Below, one piece after another: positions 20,973 through 32,958 of a DNA stretch of 64,000 nt. How positions within the stretch are numbered: position 1 is the first letter of the stretch; each line of letters begins with the position of its first letter. The notes under the pieces were generated by a model. It searched no databases. It was given only the letters and a program-made list of their open reading frames with translations, and was not told where the DNA came from. Origin of the DNA: Alphaproteobacteria bacterium. Lineage in GTDB: Bacteria > Pseudomonadota > Alphaproteobacteria > SP197. Where the stretch lies: the NCBI GenBank assembly GCA_016869675.1, contig VGDP01000007.1, positions 4,286 to 68,285 of the forward strand. Direction: 5' to 3'. Position numbers and translations under genes: made by a program.

Positions 20973-22736
20973 ATGGACCAGAAGAACATGATCATGGCGG
21001 TGGCGATCTCGATAGCCATCCTGCTCGCCTACCAGTTCTTTTACGAATTGCCACGTTTGCGCGAGCAGACCGAGATAGCCCAGCAGCAGACGGCGATCCA
21101 GTCCACCGCGGAGGCAACGGCCACCGGTGACGCGGCGTCCACCACGGGGGCCGGCGAAGTCCCCGCGGTGCCCGGCGCCACGGACCAGGCGGCACCCGCG
21201 GCGGATCGCGCCACGGTGCTGGCGCTGGGGCCCCGGGTGGCCATCAAGGCGCCGCAGGTTACCGGCTCGATCGCGCTGACCGGCGCGCGCATCGACGACG
21301 TGTCCCTGCCCGACTACCGCACCGAGGTGAAATCGGGCAGCCCGGCGGTCGATCTGCTCAACCCGTCCGACGCGCCCAGCACCTACTTCGCCGAGTTCGG
21401 CTGGGTCGGCGCGGCCGGGACCACGACGCCGCTGCCCACCGCCGAGACCGTGTGGACCGCCGACCGCGCCACGCTCGAGCCGAGCCAGCCGGTGACGCTG
21501 ACCTGGGACAACGGCCAGGGCGTGCGCTTCGTCCAGCGCATCGCGATCGACGAGCACTTCCTGTTCACCGTGACCCAGCGCGTCGAGAACAACGGCGCGG
21601 CACCGATCACGCTCTACCCCTACGGCCTGATCAGCCGGCACGAGGAGCCCGCGACGCTGGGCTTCTGGATCCTGCACGAGGGGCTGCTTGGCGTCTTCGG
21701 CGGCACGCTGACCGAGGTCGACTACGACGAGATCCGCGACGAGGGCTGGCGCAAGATCGAGCCCGATCCCAAGCAGCCGTCGACGGGCGGCTGGATCGGC
21801 ATCACCGACAAGTACTGGCTGGCCGCGCTGGTGCCCGACCAGGCGGCGCCGTTCACCGGTTACTTCAGGCACACCGCGAAGGACGGCGGCGAACGGTTCC
21901 AGGTGGACTTCCTGCGCGAGGCGGTCACCATCGCCCCCGACACCTCCCACGAGGCAAGCGCCCGGCTGTTCGCCGGCGCCAAGGTGGTCAGCATCGTCGA
22001 GGGCTACCGCGATGGCCTGGGCGTGGCGCGCTTCGACCTGGCGATCGACTGGGGCTGGTTCCCGTTCCTGACCAAGCCTCTGTTCAAGCTGCTGGACTGG
22101 TTTTACCGGCAGGTCGGCAACTTCGGCATCGCCATCATGCTGCTGACCGTCGTGGTGCGGCTGGCGTTCTTCCCGCTGGCCAACAAGTCGTACCAGGCGA
22201 TGAGCAAGCTCAAGAAGCTGCAGCCCGAGATGGTCAAGCTGCGCGAGCGCTATCCCGACGACAAGGCCAAGATGCAGCAGGAGCTGATGGCGCTCTACAA
22301 GCGGGAGAAGGCGAACCCGGCCGCCGGGTGCCTGCCGATCCTGCTGCAGATCCCGGTGTTCTTCGCGCTCTACAAGGTGATCTTCGTCACCATCGAGATG
22401 CGCCACGCGCCGTTCTACGGCTGGATCCGCGATCTCTCGGTGCCCGACCCGACCACGATCTTCAACCTGTTCGGGCTGATCCCGTGGACGCCGCCGCAGT
22501 TCCTGATGATCGGTCTCTGGCCGCTGGCCATGGGCGTCACGATGTTCCTGCAGCAGAAGATCAACCCGCAGCCGCCCGACCCGACGCAAGCCAAGATCAT
22601 GATGATGCTGCCCATCGTGTTCACCTTCATCCTGGCGCCGTTCCCGGCCGGGCTGGTGATCTACTGGACGTGGAGCAACCTGCTGGCCATCGCCCAGCAG
22701 TGGCTCATCATGAAGCGCATGGGCGTCAAGGCCTGA
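20973..22736 (+). CDS. yidC: membrane protein insertase
   Basis: GWIGITDKYW, IDWGWF, GNFGIAI, GCLPILLQIPVFFALY, WIRDLSVPDP, GLVIYWTWSN. Confidence 0.97.
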   Translation: MDQKNMIMAVAISIAILLAYQFFYELPRLREQTEIAQQQTAIQSTAEATATGDAASTTGAGEVPAVPGATDQAAPAADRATVLALGPRVAIKAPQVTGSIALTGARIDDVSLPDYRTEVKSGSPAVDLLNPSDAPSTYFAEFGWVGAAGTTTPLPTAETVWTADRATLEPSQPVTLTWDNGQGVRFVQRIAIDEHFLFTVTQRVENNGAAPITLYPYGLISRHEEPATLGFWILHEGLLGVFGGTLTEVDYDEIRDEGWRKIEPDPKQPSTGGWIGITDKYWLAALVPDQAAPFTGYFRHTAKDGGERFQVDFLREAVTIAPDTSHEASARLFAGAKVVSIVEGYRDGLGVARFDLAIDWGWFPFLTKPLFKLLDWFYRQVGNFGIAIMLLTVVVRLAFFPLANKSYQAMSKLKKLQPEMVKLRERYPDDKAKMQQELMALYKREKANPAAGCLPILLQIPVFFALYKVIFVTIEMRHAPFYGWIRDLSVPDPTTIFNLFGLIPWTPPQFLMIGLWPLAMGVTMFLQQKINPQPPDPTQAKIMMMLPIVFTFILAPFPAGLVIYWTWSNLLAIAQQWLIMKRMGVKA

Positions 22737-23410
22737 CCGCCACCGATGACACCACGGACGGCGCGAACGCCGACGAGGCCGAGGCACTGCGGCGTGGTGC
22801 CGCGCTGTTCGCGCGCGCTTGCGCCTTCACGGCGGCGGCGCCGACCGTCGAGGCCCTGCCGCCGCCGGCCCTGCCCGAGGTCGCGTTTCTCGGCCGCTCG
22901 AACGTCGGCAAGTCGAGCCTCCTGAACGCCTTGACCGGGCGACGCGACCTGGCGCGCACGTCCCAGACGCCGGGGCGCACCCAGACGATCAACTTCTTCG
23001 ACCTGGACGGCCGGCTGGTGCTGGTCGACCTGCCGGGCTACGGCCATGCCGACGCGGCCGCCCACGCGATCCAGGCCTGGACGGCGCTGATCGAACACTA
23101 CCTGCGCGAGCGCCCGACGCTGCGCCGCGTGCCGCTGCTGATCGACGCGCGCCGCGGCCTCATGGCCACCGACCTCAAGGTCATGGACTGGCTCGACCTG
23201 CAGGCGGTGGTCTATCAGGCTGTGCTGACCAAGGCCGACGCGGTCAAGCCGGGCGCGCTCGCCCAGCGGACCGCCGTCGTAGCCGAGGCACTGGAGCGCC
23301 GCCCGGCCGCGTTCCCCGTGACTGTGGCGACCAGCGCGCGCACCGGCGACGGCATCGCGGCGCTGCGCGCGTCGCTCGCGGCGATGGTCGAGGACCCCGC
23401 GTTGCCGTAA
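22733..23410 (+). CDS. engB: ribosome biogenesis GTPase YihA/EngB (start uncertain, CTG overlapping the yidC stop)
   Basis: [30 protein letters not shown]. Confidence 0.9.
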   Translation: MTATDDTTDGANADEAEALRRGAALFARACAFTAAAPTVEALPPPALPEVAFLGRSNVGKSSLLNALTGRRDLARTSQTPGRTQTINFFDLDGRLVLVDLPGYGHADAAAHAIQAWTALIEHYLRERPTLRRVPLLIDARRGLMATDLKVMDWLDLQAVVYQAVLTKADAVKPGALAQRTAVVAEALERRPAAFPVTVATSARTGDGIAALRASLAAMVEDPALP

Positions 23411-23420
23411 TGTCGCCGCC

Positions 23421-24329
23421 ATGAACGCCAAGGACATCGGCCTGACCAAGCACTGGCTGCGCACCGCCGCGACCCTGACCGAGGCGCTGCCCTACATGCA
23501 GCGCTTCGCCGGGCAGACGTTCGTCATCAAGTACGGCGGCCACGCCATGGGCGAGGACAAGCTGGCGCTCAACTTCGCCCGCGACCTAGTGCTGATCAAG
23601 CAGGTCGGCATCAACCCCATCGTCGTCCACGGCGGCGGGCCGCAGATCGGCCAGATGCTCGACCGGCTGGGCATGCGGTCGACCTTCGTCGACGGCCTGC
23701 GCGTCACCGACGCGGACGCGGTCGGCGTCGTCGAGATGGTGCTGTCCGGGACGATCAACAAGCAGATCGTCGGCGCGCTGCACGAGGCCGGCGGTCTGGC
23801 GGTGGGCTTGTCGGGCAAGGACGGCCGCCTGATCGAGGCGCGCAAGCTCCGGCGCGCCCAGCGCGACCCGGATTCCAATATCGAGAAGATCCTCGACCTC
23901 GGGTTTGTCGGCGAACCGGCGCGCATCAACCCCGAGATCCTGCGCGTCTTCACCGGCTCGGACATCATCCCGGTCATCGCGCCGATCGGCGTGGGCGCCG
24001 CTGGCGAGACCTACAACATCAACGCCGACACGGCCGCCGGCGCGGTCGCCCGGGCGCTGGGCGCGCGCAAACTCCTGATGCTGACCGACGTCGCCGGCGT
24101 GCTCGACGGAAAGGGCGAACTCGTCTCGCGCATGACCGCGTCCCAGGGGCGTGCGCTGATCCGCGACGGCGCGGTGCGCGGCGGCATGATCCCCAAACTC
24201 GAGACGTGCCTCGAGGCGGTCGAGGGCGGCATCCCCGAATCGCACATCCTGGACGGCCGGGTGCCCCACGTGCTGCTGCTCGAGATCTTCACCGAGCACG
24301 GCACGGGCACCATGATCGACCGCGGCTAG
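23421..24329 (+). CDS. argB: acetylglutamate kinase
   Basis: [36 protein letters not shown]. Confidence 0.96.
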   Translation: MNAKDIGLTKHWLRTAATLTEALPYMQRFAGQTFVIKYGGHAMGEDKLALNFARDLVLIKQVGINPIVVHGGGPQIGQMLDRLGMRSTFVDGLRVTDADAVGVVEMVLSGTINKQIVGALHEAGGLAVGLSGKDGRLIEARKLRRAQRDPDSNIEKILDLGFVGEPARINPEILRVFTGSDIIPVIAPIGVGAAGETYNINADTAAGAVARALGARKLLMLTDVAGVLDGKGELVSRMTASQGRALIRDGAVRGGMIPKLETCLEAVEGGIPESHILDGRVPHVLLLEIFTEHGTGTMIDRG

Positions 24330-24352
24330 GGCCGGGTAGCCACCTGCTCCGC

Positions 24353-24459
24353 TGTCACCCCCGGGCGGCGCGCAGCGGCGAACCGGGGGTCCAGGGCCGC
24401 TCGTACGTTCTTCGTTGCTGGATCCCCGGTTCCGGCCTTTGGCCGGCCCAGGGATGACA
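24353..24459. repeat. TGTCA...TGACA cruciform repeat, copy 1
   Basis: Terminal and internal inverted repeats; homologous to 32814, 38000 and 53288. Confidence 0.85.
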
Positions 24460-24503
24460 GGCGGGGTGACCCCAGGCTTCCCGAAGCCGCTCCAGACAGG
24501 GAT

Positions 24504-25372
24504 CTACAGCAGCACGGGCGCCAGGGTCGCCGCGAGGATCAACGCTGGGGCCGCCCAGCGCAGCGATCCCGCCCACGCCGGGCCGAGGCCAAGCTCCCCT
24601 TCCAGCAGGCGCGGCGCGCGCCAGCCGGCGAACAGCGCGACCAGCAGACCGCCCAGCGGCAGCATGATGTTGGACGTGAGGTCGTCGAGCAGGTCGAAGA
24701 CCGTCGCCGCCTCGAGGCCCGGCACCATGCGGAGCGGCGACCACCCGGCCCACAGGTTGAACGAGAGGACCGTCGCGATGCCCGCCGTGAAGCACGTCGC
24801 GGCGGCGATCGCGACGGCGCGCGGGCGGGTCCAGCTCAGGCGCGGCACCAGCGACGCGACGATGGCCGCGGTCGCCGCCATGAAGGCCGCATGGTACGCG
24901 GTCATGCGCGCCGGCGCAGCGAGCAGGCCGTCGAACCGGGCGCCCGCCTCGGCGGGCGCGGGCAGGCCGTCGATCACCGTCTCGACGGCTTTGGCGAGCG
25001 TCCAGCCGCCGATCACCGAATAGAAGCTGAGGATCAGGAACCCGGCGGCGATGTCGAGCCAGCCGACCAGCCCCCCAGCGGCGTGAACCGCCCGCCTCGA
25101 GCGCGACGCGCGTCAGGCTGGTCGCCGCGTCGCCCCGGCCGCGCCGGCCGATGGCGAACTCGGCCAGCATCAGCGGCACGACGACCAGCACCAGCCCCAG
25201 CAGGTAGAACGCGATGAACGCGCCGCCGCCGTTGGCGCCGACCTCGTAGGGGAACTTCCAGATGCTGCCGAGCCCGACCGCCGAGCCGATGGCCGCCAGC
25301 ACGAAGCCGAGCCGCCCCGACCAGCGGGGGCTGCGTGGGCGGCGCGGGCACATCGTCGCGGCCAAGGGTCAT
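24504..25372 (-). pseudogene. sodium-dependent NSS/SNF-family transporter remnant (frameshifts and large internal deletion)
   Basis: WSGRLGFVLAAIGSAVGLGSIWKFPY, LAEFAIGR, IGGW, FDLLDDLTSNIMLPLGG spread over several frames; under 300 codons in total, well short of a full NSS transporter. Confidence 0.85.
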
Positions 25373-25438
25373 GCCCCAGCTTAGGGCATGACGCCGCTCG
25401 CCAGGGTTCCCTGATGACGGGTCCGCGCTGACGCGGAC

Positions 25439-26658
25439 CTACACGATCATACGGAAGTGCGCCTGGAGCTCCTGTTTCGACAGCGGGAAGTCGATGCCGT
25501 CGCGAGCGTTGAGCATCTTGTCCGGCGGGATGCCGGCGATGCGGCGCTGGATCAGCACCGCCGTGCGCATGGAGAATCCGGCCTTCAAGGCGAGCGCCGT
25601 CATCACCTTGCCGCGCCGCGAACCCAGGATGTGCTCGACCTTGTCGGGCGCGATCTTGACCTTGGCCGCCAGGGCCGTGCGCACGTAACGGCCATCGCCG
25701 CGCTCCATGGCCGCCTGGATCGAACCGTCGTCCGCGGCCGACGCGGCCTTCGCGTTGCCCGTGGGGCGCGGCTCCTCGGCGGCGCTCTGCTCGATGCGTT
25801 CGCGCACCGCCTTGCACACCTCGGCCATGGCCTCCGCCGGCAGGTCGTTGCGTTCCTCCATCGAGCGCAGCAGCGAGAAGGAGACGAACGTGGCGATGCG
25901 CGCCACGGCCCGGACGCTGAGCTCGCCACGACGCACCAGGGGCGTGTGCACGCCTCCTTGGGCGGCGCGCGGGCGATCAGGCGGTCCAGCATCTCCTCGC
26001 GGATCTGCGCGCCCTTGTTGGCCAGCAGGTCGACGATGGCGTCGTCGTCCTCGCTCTCGGCGATCGCCTCGCACACGGACTCGCCCAGCGCCCCGCGGCG
26101 CGCCACGGCGCCGAGCGCGCCACGCACCGGATCGCTGTCGATGATCTCGCGCAGGTCGGCGTCGGACAGCAGCGGCGAGTATTCGAGCACCGGTCCCGCG
26201 ACGGCGAGTTCGGCGTCCATCGCCAGGCGTCGGATCAGGCCGCGCGGCAGGTTGTCGCAGTGCTTGACCTCGTCGGCGACGATCTGGCGCACGCGCGGCA
26301 ATTGAGCAGTCACCAGCTTCTCGAGCACGTCGAGGGTAAGCCGCGCCAGCTTGTCGGCGGCGTCCCTCGGCAGATTGGGCGCCAGGCGGCCGATCTTCCG
26401 GGCCAGTTCGCAACGCACATCGTCGTCGCGGTCCTCGGCTAGGATCAGGTCGGCCTGGCGCGGCGCCGTCGGGTTGGAGGCGACCGCGCGCCGCACCTTG
26501 GTGTCCTCGTCCTCGGCCAGGTAGTAGAGAATCTCGGGCCGCGCATCGTCGCGCGGCGCCAGTTTGCGCCGCTGCCTTACGTCGTCGCTGCTGGCCACCG
26601 TCTTGGACGTCTCGTACCCGGCGATCGCCGGGCCCCTGTTCAGCAGGCGCTTCAACAT
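25439..26658 (-). pseudogene. DUF2336-family protein, frameshifted near 25960
   Basis: PEILYYLAED..VRRAVA.N, VAGPVLEYSPLLSDADL, DLLANKGAQIREE; the C-terminus continues in the 25439 frame. Confidence 0.78.
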
Positions 26659-28184
26659 CCTTCTCCTCCGTGATGCTGGGGCGGGCCGTCACCGGCCATG
26701 ACGAAGCGGCCGCGGCCGCCGCGCTTGGCGGCGTAGAGCGCGCCGTCGACATTCATGTCGTCGCACCACGCGGTGAACTCGTCGCCACCCAGGCGGGTGA
26801 TCACGTCGGCGCGTCGGAACACCTCGGTCAAGAGCCGCGCCACCGCCACCAGCGCCGCGTCGCCGGCGGCGTGGCCGGCGCCGTCGTCGACCCCTGGTTG
26901 AAGTGATCGAGGTCGATGTAGAAGACGGCGCACGCCCTGCCACGGCGCGCGGCCAGCGCGGCGCGGTGCTCGATCTCCTCGCGGAAGGCGCGACGGTTGA
27001 GCAGCCCGGTCAGCCCGTCGAGCCGCGATAGGCGACGCACGGCCTCGTGATCGCGCACCTGCTCGATGGTCAGGCCGACTGCGTCGGCGATGCCGAGCAT
27101 GACGGCACGGTCCTCGTCGGTCCACGGATCCGCCGCGTCGCGCCCGACGCACAGCGCGCCGTTGACGCTCCCGCGCGAACGGGTGGCAATCATCAGCATG
27201 GCGACACCCTCGCCCACCAGGTCGCGCACGGCGCGCGCCACGCCATCGCCGAGGTGCGCGGTGGCGATCGGCAGCAACCAGTCCGGCGCGGCGCCGGCGG
27301 AGGCGGTCAGCGCCAGCTCGTCGCCCTCCAGCGTCGCCACGGCGACGACGGCGGCGCCGACGACCTGCTCCAGTGCCTCGGCCGCCTAGGTCAGCATGGC
27401 GCCGACGTCGGCCTCGTCGCGCATGGCGCCGACGATCTGGGCGATCGCGTGTTCGCGCCGGCGCAGGCCCACCAGCTCGGCTTCGCGCGCGTGATCGGCG
27501 GTGACGTCGCGCCACACGCCGCGCGCCCCGGCAAGCACGCCGTCGGCGAACACCGGCAGCGCCGAGATCAGGACTTCGGCACGGCCGTCGGCGGCGGTGA
27601 TCAGGCTCATCGCCTGGTCGGCCACCGGCACCTCGGCGCGGAACGGATCGGTCAGGGCTCGGCGCGAGCCGGGGACGCAAAGGCCATCAGCTGGACGCCC
27701 CACCAGCTCGTTGGCCGCGAAGCCGAGCGCGCCGCCGGGCGAGACGAAGGTGAAGCGGCCGTCGGCATCGGTTTCCCACAGCACGTCGCTGGCGCACGCC
27801 GCGAAGTCCTTGTAGCGCTGGCGCGATTCGATCAAGGCGCGGCGCAGCGAACGGTCCGCCTCGACGTCGCGGGCGAAGGCGAGCACGCCGGCGGGCTCGC
27901 CGTCCCACGGCGGCAGCATCACGTCATAGGTATGATCGTCGAGCAGGGTGTCGATCCGCTCGCCGATGCCGGTGGCCGCCACGGCGCGCCGTCTTGGCCA
28001 GCGCGGGCACGCGCCCGGCGGACAGCGCGGGGCCCATGGCGGCGGCGGCGGCGTTGGACATGCGCGGCCGGCCGTAGTCGTCGAGCAGCAGCGCCGGGCC
28101 GGGATGGGCCGACAGCAGCGCGTCGACGCAACGTTGCGCCGCGTCGACGGGTCCTGCCTCGGCCGTAAAAGCCTCGCCGGTCAT
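26652..28184 (-). pseudogene. PAS-GAF-GGDEF diguanylate cyclase remnant
   Basis: ESRQRYKDF...WETDADGRFTFVS (PAS), DGLTGLLNRRAF, IDLDHF, RLGGDEF, ALYAAKRGGR; TAG at 27386, frameshifts near 27980 and 26895, and a deletion after GGDEF. Confidence 0.85.
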
Positions 28185-28208
28185 GGACCCAGCGTGACAC
28201 CGGCGGTA

Positions 28209-28224
28209 TTAAGGGCGACTTAAC
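28209..28224. promoter_or_regulatory. CtrA-type full site
   Basis: TTAA-GGGCGAC-TTAAC, exact TTAA-N7-TTAAC, 25 nt upstream of the DGC start. Confidence 0.7.
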
Positions 28225-28272
28225 CGGACGGCGGGCTTGCGGCGACGCCACCGCACGGCCATGCTCCGCGCC

Positions 28273-28980
28273 ATGCGTCGCGACCTGTTCGAGCACGTCG
28301 AAACGTGGATCTTCGACCTGGACAACACGCTCTACCACGCGCGCTACAGCCTGTGGGAGCAGGTCGAGCGCCGCATCGGCCGCTACATCGAGAATCTGCT
28401 CGGTTGCGACGGCAGCGAGGCCAACCAGCGCCAGAAGGAGCTGTTCCAGGGTCACGGCACCACCCTGCGCGGCCTGATGGACCGCCACGGCATCGACCCC
28501 GCCGGGTTTCTCGACTTCGTCCACGACATCGACTATTCGGCGATTCCGGCCGCGCCCACCCTGGCCACGGCGCTGGACGCCCTGCCCGGGCGCAAGCTGA
28601 TCTTCACCAACGGAACCGTCGACCACGCCGACAAGGTGTGCGCCAGGCTCGGCGTCACGGGCCACATCGAGGCGGTGTTCGATATCGTCGCCTCGGACTA
28701 CGTGCCGAAGCCGAAGACCGGGCCCTACGCCGCGCTGATCCAACGCCACGGCATCGAGCCCGCGCGCGCCGCGATGGTCGAGGACATGGCGCGCAACCTG
28801 GTCCCGGCCCACGATCTGGGCATGACCACGGTGTGGGTGCGCACGCCCAGCACCTGGGGCCGCGAGGGCAGCGAGGGCGCGCACATCCATCACACCACGG
28901 ACGATCTGGCCCTCTGGCTCGACGATCTGGTCGCCCGCCGCAGGGCGGCGTTGACAGCCGGGGCGCCGCCGCTACGGTAG
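28273..28980 (+). CDS. HAD-family pyrimidine 5'-nucleotidase
   Basis: [47 protein letters not shown]. Confidence 0.9.
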   Translation: MRRDLFEHVETWIFDLDNTLYHARYSLWEQVERRIGRYIENLLGCDGSEANQRQKELFQGHGTTLRGLMDRHGIDPAGFLDFVHDIDYSAIPAAPTLATALDALPGRKLIFTNGTVDHADKVCARLGVTGHIEAVFDIVASDYVPKPKTGPYAALIQRHGIEPARAAMVEDMARNLVPAHDLGMTTVWVRTPSTWGREGSEGAHIHHTTDDLALWLDDLVARRRAALTAGAPPLR

Positions 28981-29002
28981 GCGCCTCATCGCGGGGGGCG
29001 TC

Positions 29003-29851
29003 ATGAACGACGAGGCATTGCGGAGCACGGTCGAGGCGGCGTGGGCGACCAGGGACTCGCTGTCGCCCGCGACACAGGGGCCGGTGCGGACGGCGATCGA
29101 GGCCGCGCTGGACGGTCTGGATTCCGGGCGCCTGCGCGTCGCCGAGAAGCGCGACGGACAGTGGCACATCAACCAGTGGCTGAAGATGGCCGTGCTGCTG
29201 TCGTTCCGCCTGAACGACTCGGTCGTCATGGGCGGCGGCCCCGGCGAGCGCGGCGTGTGGTGGGACAAGGTGCGCAACAAGTTCGACGGCTGGGACGCGG
29301 TGCGTTTCCGCGCCGCCGGCTTCCGCGCCGTGCCGGACTGCGTGGTGCGCCACTCGGCCTACGTGGCGCCGGGCGTCGTGCTGATGCCGTCGTTCGTCAA
29401 CGTCGGCGCCTATGTCGATCGCGGCACCATGGTCGACACCTGGGCGACCGTGGGGAGCTGCGCCCAGATCGGCAAGAACTGCCACATCTCGGGCGGCGCC
29501 GGCATCGGCGGCGTGCTCGAGCCGTTGCAGGCCGGCCCGGTGATCATCGAGGACGACTGCTTCATCGGCGCGCGCTCCGAGGTGGTCGAGGGCGTGGTCG
29601 TCGAGACCGGCTCGGTGCTGTCCATGGGCGTCTTCATCGGCGCGTCCACCAAGATCGTCGACCGCGCCACCGGCGAGGTGCGCTACGGCCGGGTGCCCGC
29701 CTACTCGGTCGTCGTGCCCGGGACCCTGCCGGGCAAGACGCGCGAGGGCACGAACATCACCGAACCCTCGCTCTACTGCGCCGTGATCCTGAAACGCGTC
29801 GACGAACGCACGCGGTCCAAGACCTCCATCAACGACCTGCTCCGGGATTGA
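29003..29851 (+). CDS. dapD: tetrahydrodipicolinate N-succinyltransferase
   Basis: [48 protein letters not shown]. Confidence 0.97.
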   Translation: MNDEALRSTVEAAWATRDSLSPATQGPVRTAIEAALDGLDSGRLRVAEKRDGQWHINQWLKMAVLLSFRLNDSVVMGGGPGERGVWWDKVRNKFDGWDAVRFRAAGFRAVPDCVVRHSAYVAPGVVLMPSFVNVGAYVDRGTMVDTWATVGSCAQIGKNCHISGGAGIGGVLEPLQAGPVIIEDDCFIGARSEVVEGVVVETGSVLSMGVFIGASTKIVDRATGEVRYGRVPAYSVVVPGTLPGKTREGTNITEPSLYCAVILKRVDERTRSKTSINDLLRD

Positions 29852-29855
29852 GCCC

Positions 29856-31007
29856 ATGGTTGACGCCGCGGCGGCGCTGACCGCCGAGTTGATCCGCTGC
29901 CGCAGCGTCACGCCCTCGGACGACGGCGCGCTCGGCGTCGTCGCGCGGCGCCTGCAGGGCCTCGGCTTCGCCTGCCATCCGCTCCGCTTCGAGGAGGCGG
30001 GCACCCCCGCCGTCGACAATCTCTACGCACGGCTCGGCGCCGAGCCGCCAAACTTCTGCTTCGCTGGTCACACCGACGTCGTGCCGGTGGGCGATGGCGC
30101 CGCCTGGCGCGTGGACCCGTTCGCCGCGCGCGTCGCCGACGGCGCCCTGTGGGGGCGCGGCGCGGTCGACATGAAGGGGGCGGTGGCGTGCTTCATCGCC
30201 GCGGTCGAGCGGTTCCTGGCGGCGCGGCGCGGCCGCTTCACGGGCTCGATCAGCCTCGTGCTGACCGGCGACGAGGAAGGGCCGGCGGTCAACGGCACGC
30301 GCAAGGTGCTGGACTGGCTGCGCGCGCACGGCGAGCGGCTGGACGCCTGCCTCGTCGGCGAGCCGACCTCGGCCAACCGGCTCGGCGACACCATCAAGAT
30401 CGGCCGGCGCGGCAGCCTGAACGGCCGGCTGCGCGTCCTTGGCACCCAGGGACACTCAGCCTACCCTCACCTGGCGGACAACCCCCTGCCCCGCCTGGCG
30501 CGGACGCTGGCCGTGCTGGCCGACACGGTGCTCGACGAAGGGACGCCGCATTTTGAGCCGACGACGCTGGCGCTGACATCCATCGACGTCGGCAACCCGG
30601 CGACCAACGTCATCCCGGCGGAGGGTCGCGCCGCGTTCAACATCCGCTTCAACGATCGCCACACGGGCGCCAGCCTGGAGGCTTGGCTGCGCCAAGTGTG
30701 CACCGCCCACGCCGGGCGCCACGAACTCGCCGTGTCGGTTTCGGGCGAGTCGTTCCTGACGCCGCCGGGGTCGTTCAGCACCGTGCTGGCCGAGGCGGTG
30801 CGCGCCGCGACCGGAACCGACCCCGCGCTCGGCACCGGCGGCGGCACGTCGGACGCGCGCTTCATCAAGGACATGTGCCCGGTGGCCGAGCTGGGCCTGG
30901 TCGGCCAGACCATGCACAAGGTCGACGAGCACGTGCCGCTGGCCGACCTGGCGACTTTGACCGCGGTCTACGAAGGCGTGCTGGAGCGGTTCTTCGCTTC
31001 GTCATAG
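29856..31007 (+). CDS. dapE: succinyl-diaminopimelate desuccinylase
   Basis: [47 protein letters not shown]. Confidence 0.96.
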   Translation: MVDAAAALTAELIRCRSVTPSDDGALGVVARRLQGLGFACHPLRFEEAGTPAVDNLYARLGAEPPNFCFAGHTDVVPVGDGAAWRVDPFAARVADGALWGRGAVDMKGAVACFIAAVERFLAARRGRFTGSISLVLTGDEEGPAVNGTRKVLDWLRAHGERLDACLVGEPTSANRLGDTIKIGRRGSLNGRLRVLGTQGHSAYPHLADNPLPRLARTLAVLADTVLDEGTPHFEPTTLALTSIDVGNPATNVIPAEGRAAFNIRFNDRHTGASLEAWLRQVCTAHAGRHELAVSVSGESFLTPPGSFSTVLAEAVRAATGTDPALGTGGGTSDARFIKDMCPVAELGLVGQTMHKVDEHVPLADLATLTAVYEGVLERFFASS

Positions 31008-31738
31008 CGCACCGCCAGCAGGGTGAGCCCGTGGGCCGGTGCCGTGGGCCCGGCGGCCGAACGGTCGCGCGCGGCGAGCGCGGCCGCCACGTCGCGCCGC
31101 CCCCACTTGCCTTCGCCGACCAGCACCAGCGTGCCGACCAGGATTCGCACCTGGTGATGCAGGAACGAGCGAGCGCGCGCCGCCACGCGCACATCATCGC
31201 CCTCGCGCGCGACGTCGAGGGCATTGAGCGTCTTGACCGGCGAGCGCGCCTGGCACTCGGCGCTGCGGAAGCTGGTGAAGTCGTGCGGTCCCAACAGCAG
31301 GCGCGCCGCGTCCGCCATGGCCTCGGCGTCCAGCGGCCGGGCCACGTGCCAGGCGCGCCCGCGATCCAGCGCCGACGGGGAGCGGCGGTTGAGAATGCGG
31401 TAAGCGTAGCGCCGTTCCCGTGCGTCGAAGCGCGCGTGGAAGGTGTCGGCGGCGCGTTCCACTTCAACCACGGCCACCGCGTGGGGCTTGAGGTGGAAGC
31501 ACAGCGCCGCGCGCACGGTGTCGGCCGGCCAGTCGCGCGTGAGGTCCAGGTGCGCCACTTGGCCGCGCGCGTGTACCCCGGCGTCGGTGCGTCCGGCGCC
31601 GACTACCGTGGGCCGTTCGCCGCAGAAGCGGAACGCGGCCTCCTCGATGACCTCCTGCACGGAGACGCCGCGCGCCTGGCGCTGCCAGCCGGCGAAGCCG
31701 GTGCCGTCGTGTTCGATGGTCAGGCGGTAGCGCGGCAT
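30968..31738 (-). CDS. truA: tRNA pseudouridine(38-40) synthase
   Basis: [42 protein letters not shown]. Confidence 0.95.
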   Translation of the reverse strand: MPRYRLTIEHDGTGFAGWQRQARGVSVQEVIEEAAFRFCGERPTVVGAGRTDAGVHARGQVAHLDLTRDWPADTVRAALCFHLKPHAVAVVEVERAADTFHARFDARERRYAYRILNRRSPSALDRGRAWHVARPLDAEAMADAARLLLGPHDFTSFRSAECQARSPVKTLNALDVAREGDDVRVAARARSFLHHQVRILVGTLVLVGEGKWGRRDVAAALAARDRSAAGPTAPAHGLTLLAVRYDEAKNRSSTPS

Positions 31739-32661
31739 CAGCCGAGCACCGCGCCGGGTACCAGCCGCGCGCCGCGCAGGAACGCGGCGCCGTCGGTCGC
31801 CGGACGCCCGGCGCGCTGCACGCGCACGAGGCGCAACGCGCCCGTGCCACACGCCACCGTCAGCCGGTCGTCGAGCAGCGTGCCCGGCGCGCCAGCGCCC
31901 TCGGCCAATTTGGCCTCGAGCACCTTGATCCAGTCATCGCCCAGGCGGAACACGGCGCCCGGCCACGGTTGGAACGCGCGCACGCGCCGCTCGATCGCGG
32001 TCGCGGGTTCGCGCCAGTCGATGCGGTCCTCGTCGCGCCCCAGCTTGCGCGCGTAGCTGACGCCGTCCGCCGCCTGGGGTCGCGGCCGCGCGCGGCCCGT
32101 GGCCAGCGCGTCGAGCGCCGCGACCAGCAGGCGCGCGCCCCGTCGCGCCAGGTCGGCTTCCAGTGTCGGCGTGGTGGCGTCGGGCGGCATGGGCAGCCGT
32201 TCACTCGCCAGGACTGGGCCGTTGTCCAGCCCTTCGTTCATCAGCATGATCGCGACGCCGGTCTCGGCATCGCCCGCCTCGATCGCGCGGGCCACCGGCG
32301 CCGCGCCGCGCCAGCGCGGCAACACCGACGGGTGGACGTTGAGGCAACCGAGGCGCGGTAAAGCCAGGATCGCGCGCGGCAGGATAAGGCCGTAGGCTAC
32401 GACGACCGCCGCGTCCGGCGCGTGCGCCGCGAACGCGGCCTGGACGTCGGCGTCGCGCAGGCTGGCCGGTGTGCGCACGTCGAGCCCATGGCGCAGGGCG
32501 GCCTCGTGCAGCGGCGCGCGCGCTTCCTTCATGCCGCGCCCATGGCGGCGCGGCGGCTGGCTGTAGACGGCGCGCACCCGGTGCCCGGCGGCGAGCACCG
32601 CCTCCAGGCTGGGCACGGCGAAGGCGGCCGTGCCCATGACGACCACGTCGAGACCGACCAT
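31738..32661 (-). CDS. fmt: methionyl-tRNA formyltransferase
   Basis: [37 protein letters not shown]. Confidence 0.95.
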   Translation of the reverse strand: MVGLDVVVMGTAAFAVPSLEAVLAAGHRVRAVYSQPPRRHGRGMKEARAPLHEAALRHGLDVRTPASLRDADVQAAFAAHAPDAAVVVAYGLILPRAILALPRLGCLNVHPSVLPRWRGAAPVARAIEAGDAETGVAIMLMNEGLDNGPVLASERLPMPPDATTPTLEADLARRGARLLVAALDALATGRARPRPQAADGVSYARKLGRDEDRIDWREPATAIERRVRAFQPWPGAVFRLGDDWIKVLEAKLAEGAGAPGTLLDDRLTVACGTGALRLVRVQRAGRPATDGAAFLRGARLVPGAVLG

Positions 32662-32813
32662 GGCCAACTGTATACCCCGGTTCGGGCACCGCGCGCGCCA
32701 AGAGCAGCATCGGGTCGCGCTGAACCGCCGAGGATCAGTCCAGTCGGTATGAGAGGGTCGTGACGTAGGAGATCGCCCGCCGTTTCAACGAAGCCTTGGC
32801 CCGCCATTCAACG

Positions 32814-32921
32814 TGTCACCCCCGGGCGCCGCGCATGCGGCGAACCGGGGGTCCAGGGCCATGGTTCAGCTTCTGCCTTCTGGATCCCCACTTCCGCCCT
32901 TCGGCCGGCCCGGGGATGACA
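32814..32921. repeat. TGTCA...TGACA cruciform repeat, copy 2 (between def and fmt)
   Basis: Shares CCCCGGGCG..GCGGCGAACCGGGGGTCCAGGGCC and CTGGATCCCC with copy 1. Confidence 0.85.
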
Positions 32922-32958
32922 TAGGCGGAAGCGTGGGACGCCTGGCGTCGCTCTGATC

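Noticed and set aside
17943..22787. 1614-aa minus-strand ORF and many other long antisense or alternate-frame ORFs (e.g. 50395-53241, 39460-42126)
   Set aside because: Shadow ORFs caused by high GC and codon bias opposite clear genes; R/A/G/P-rich with no motifs
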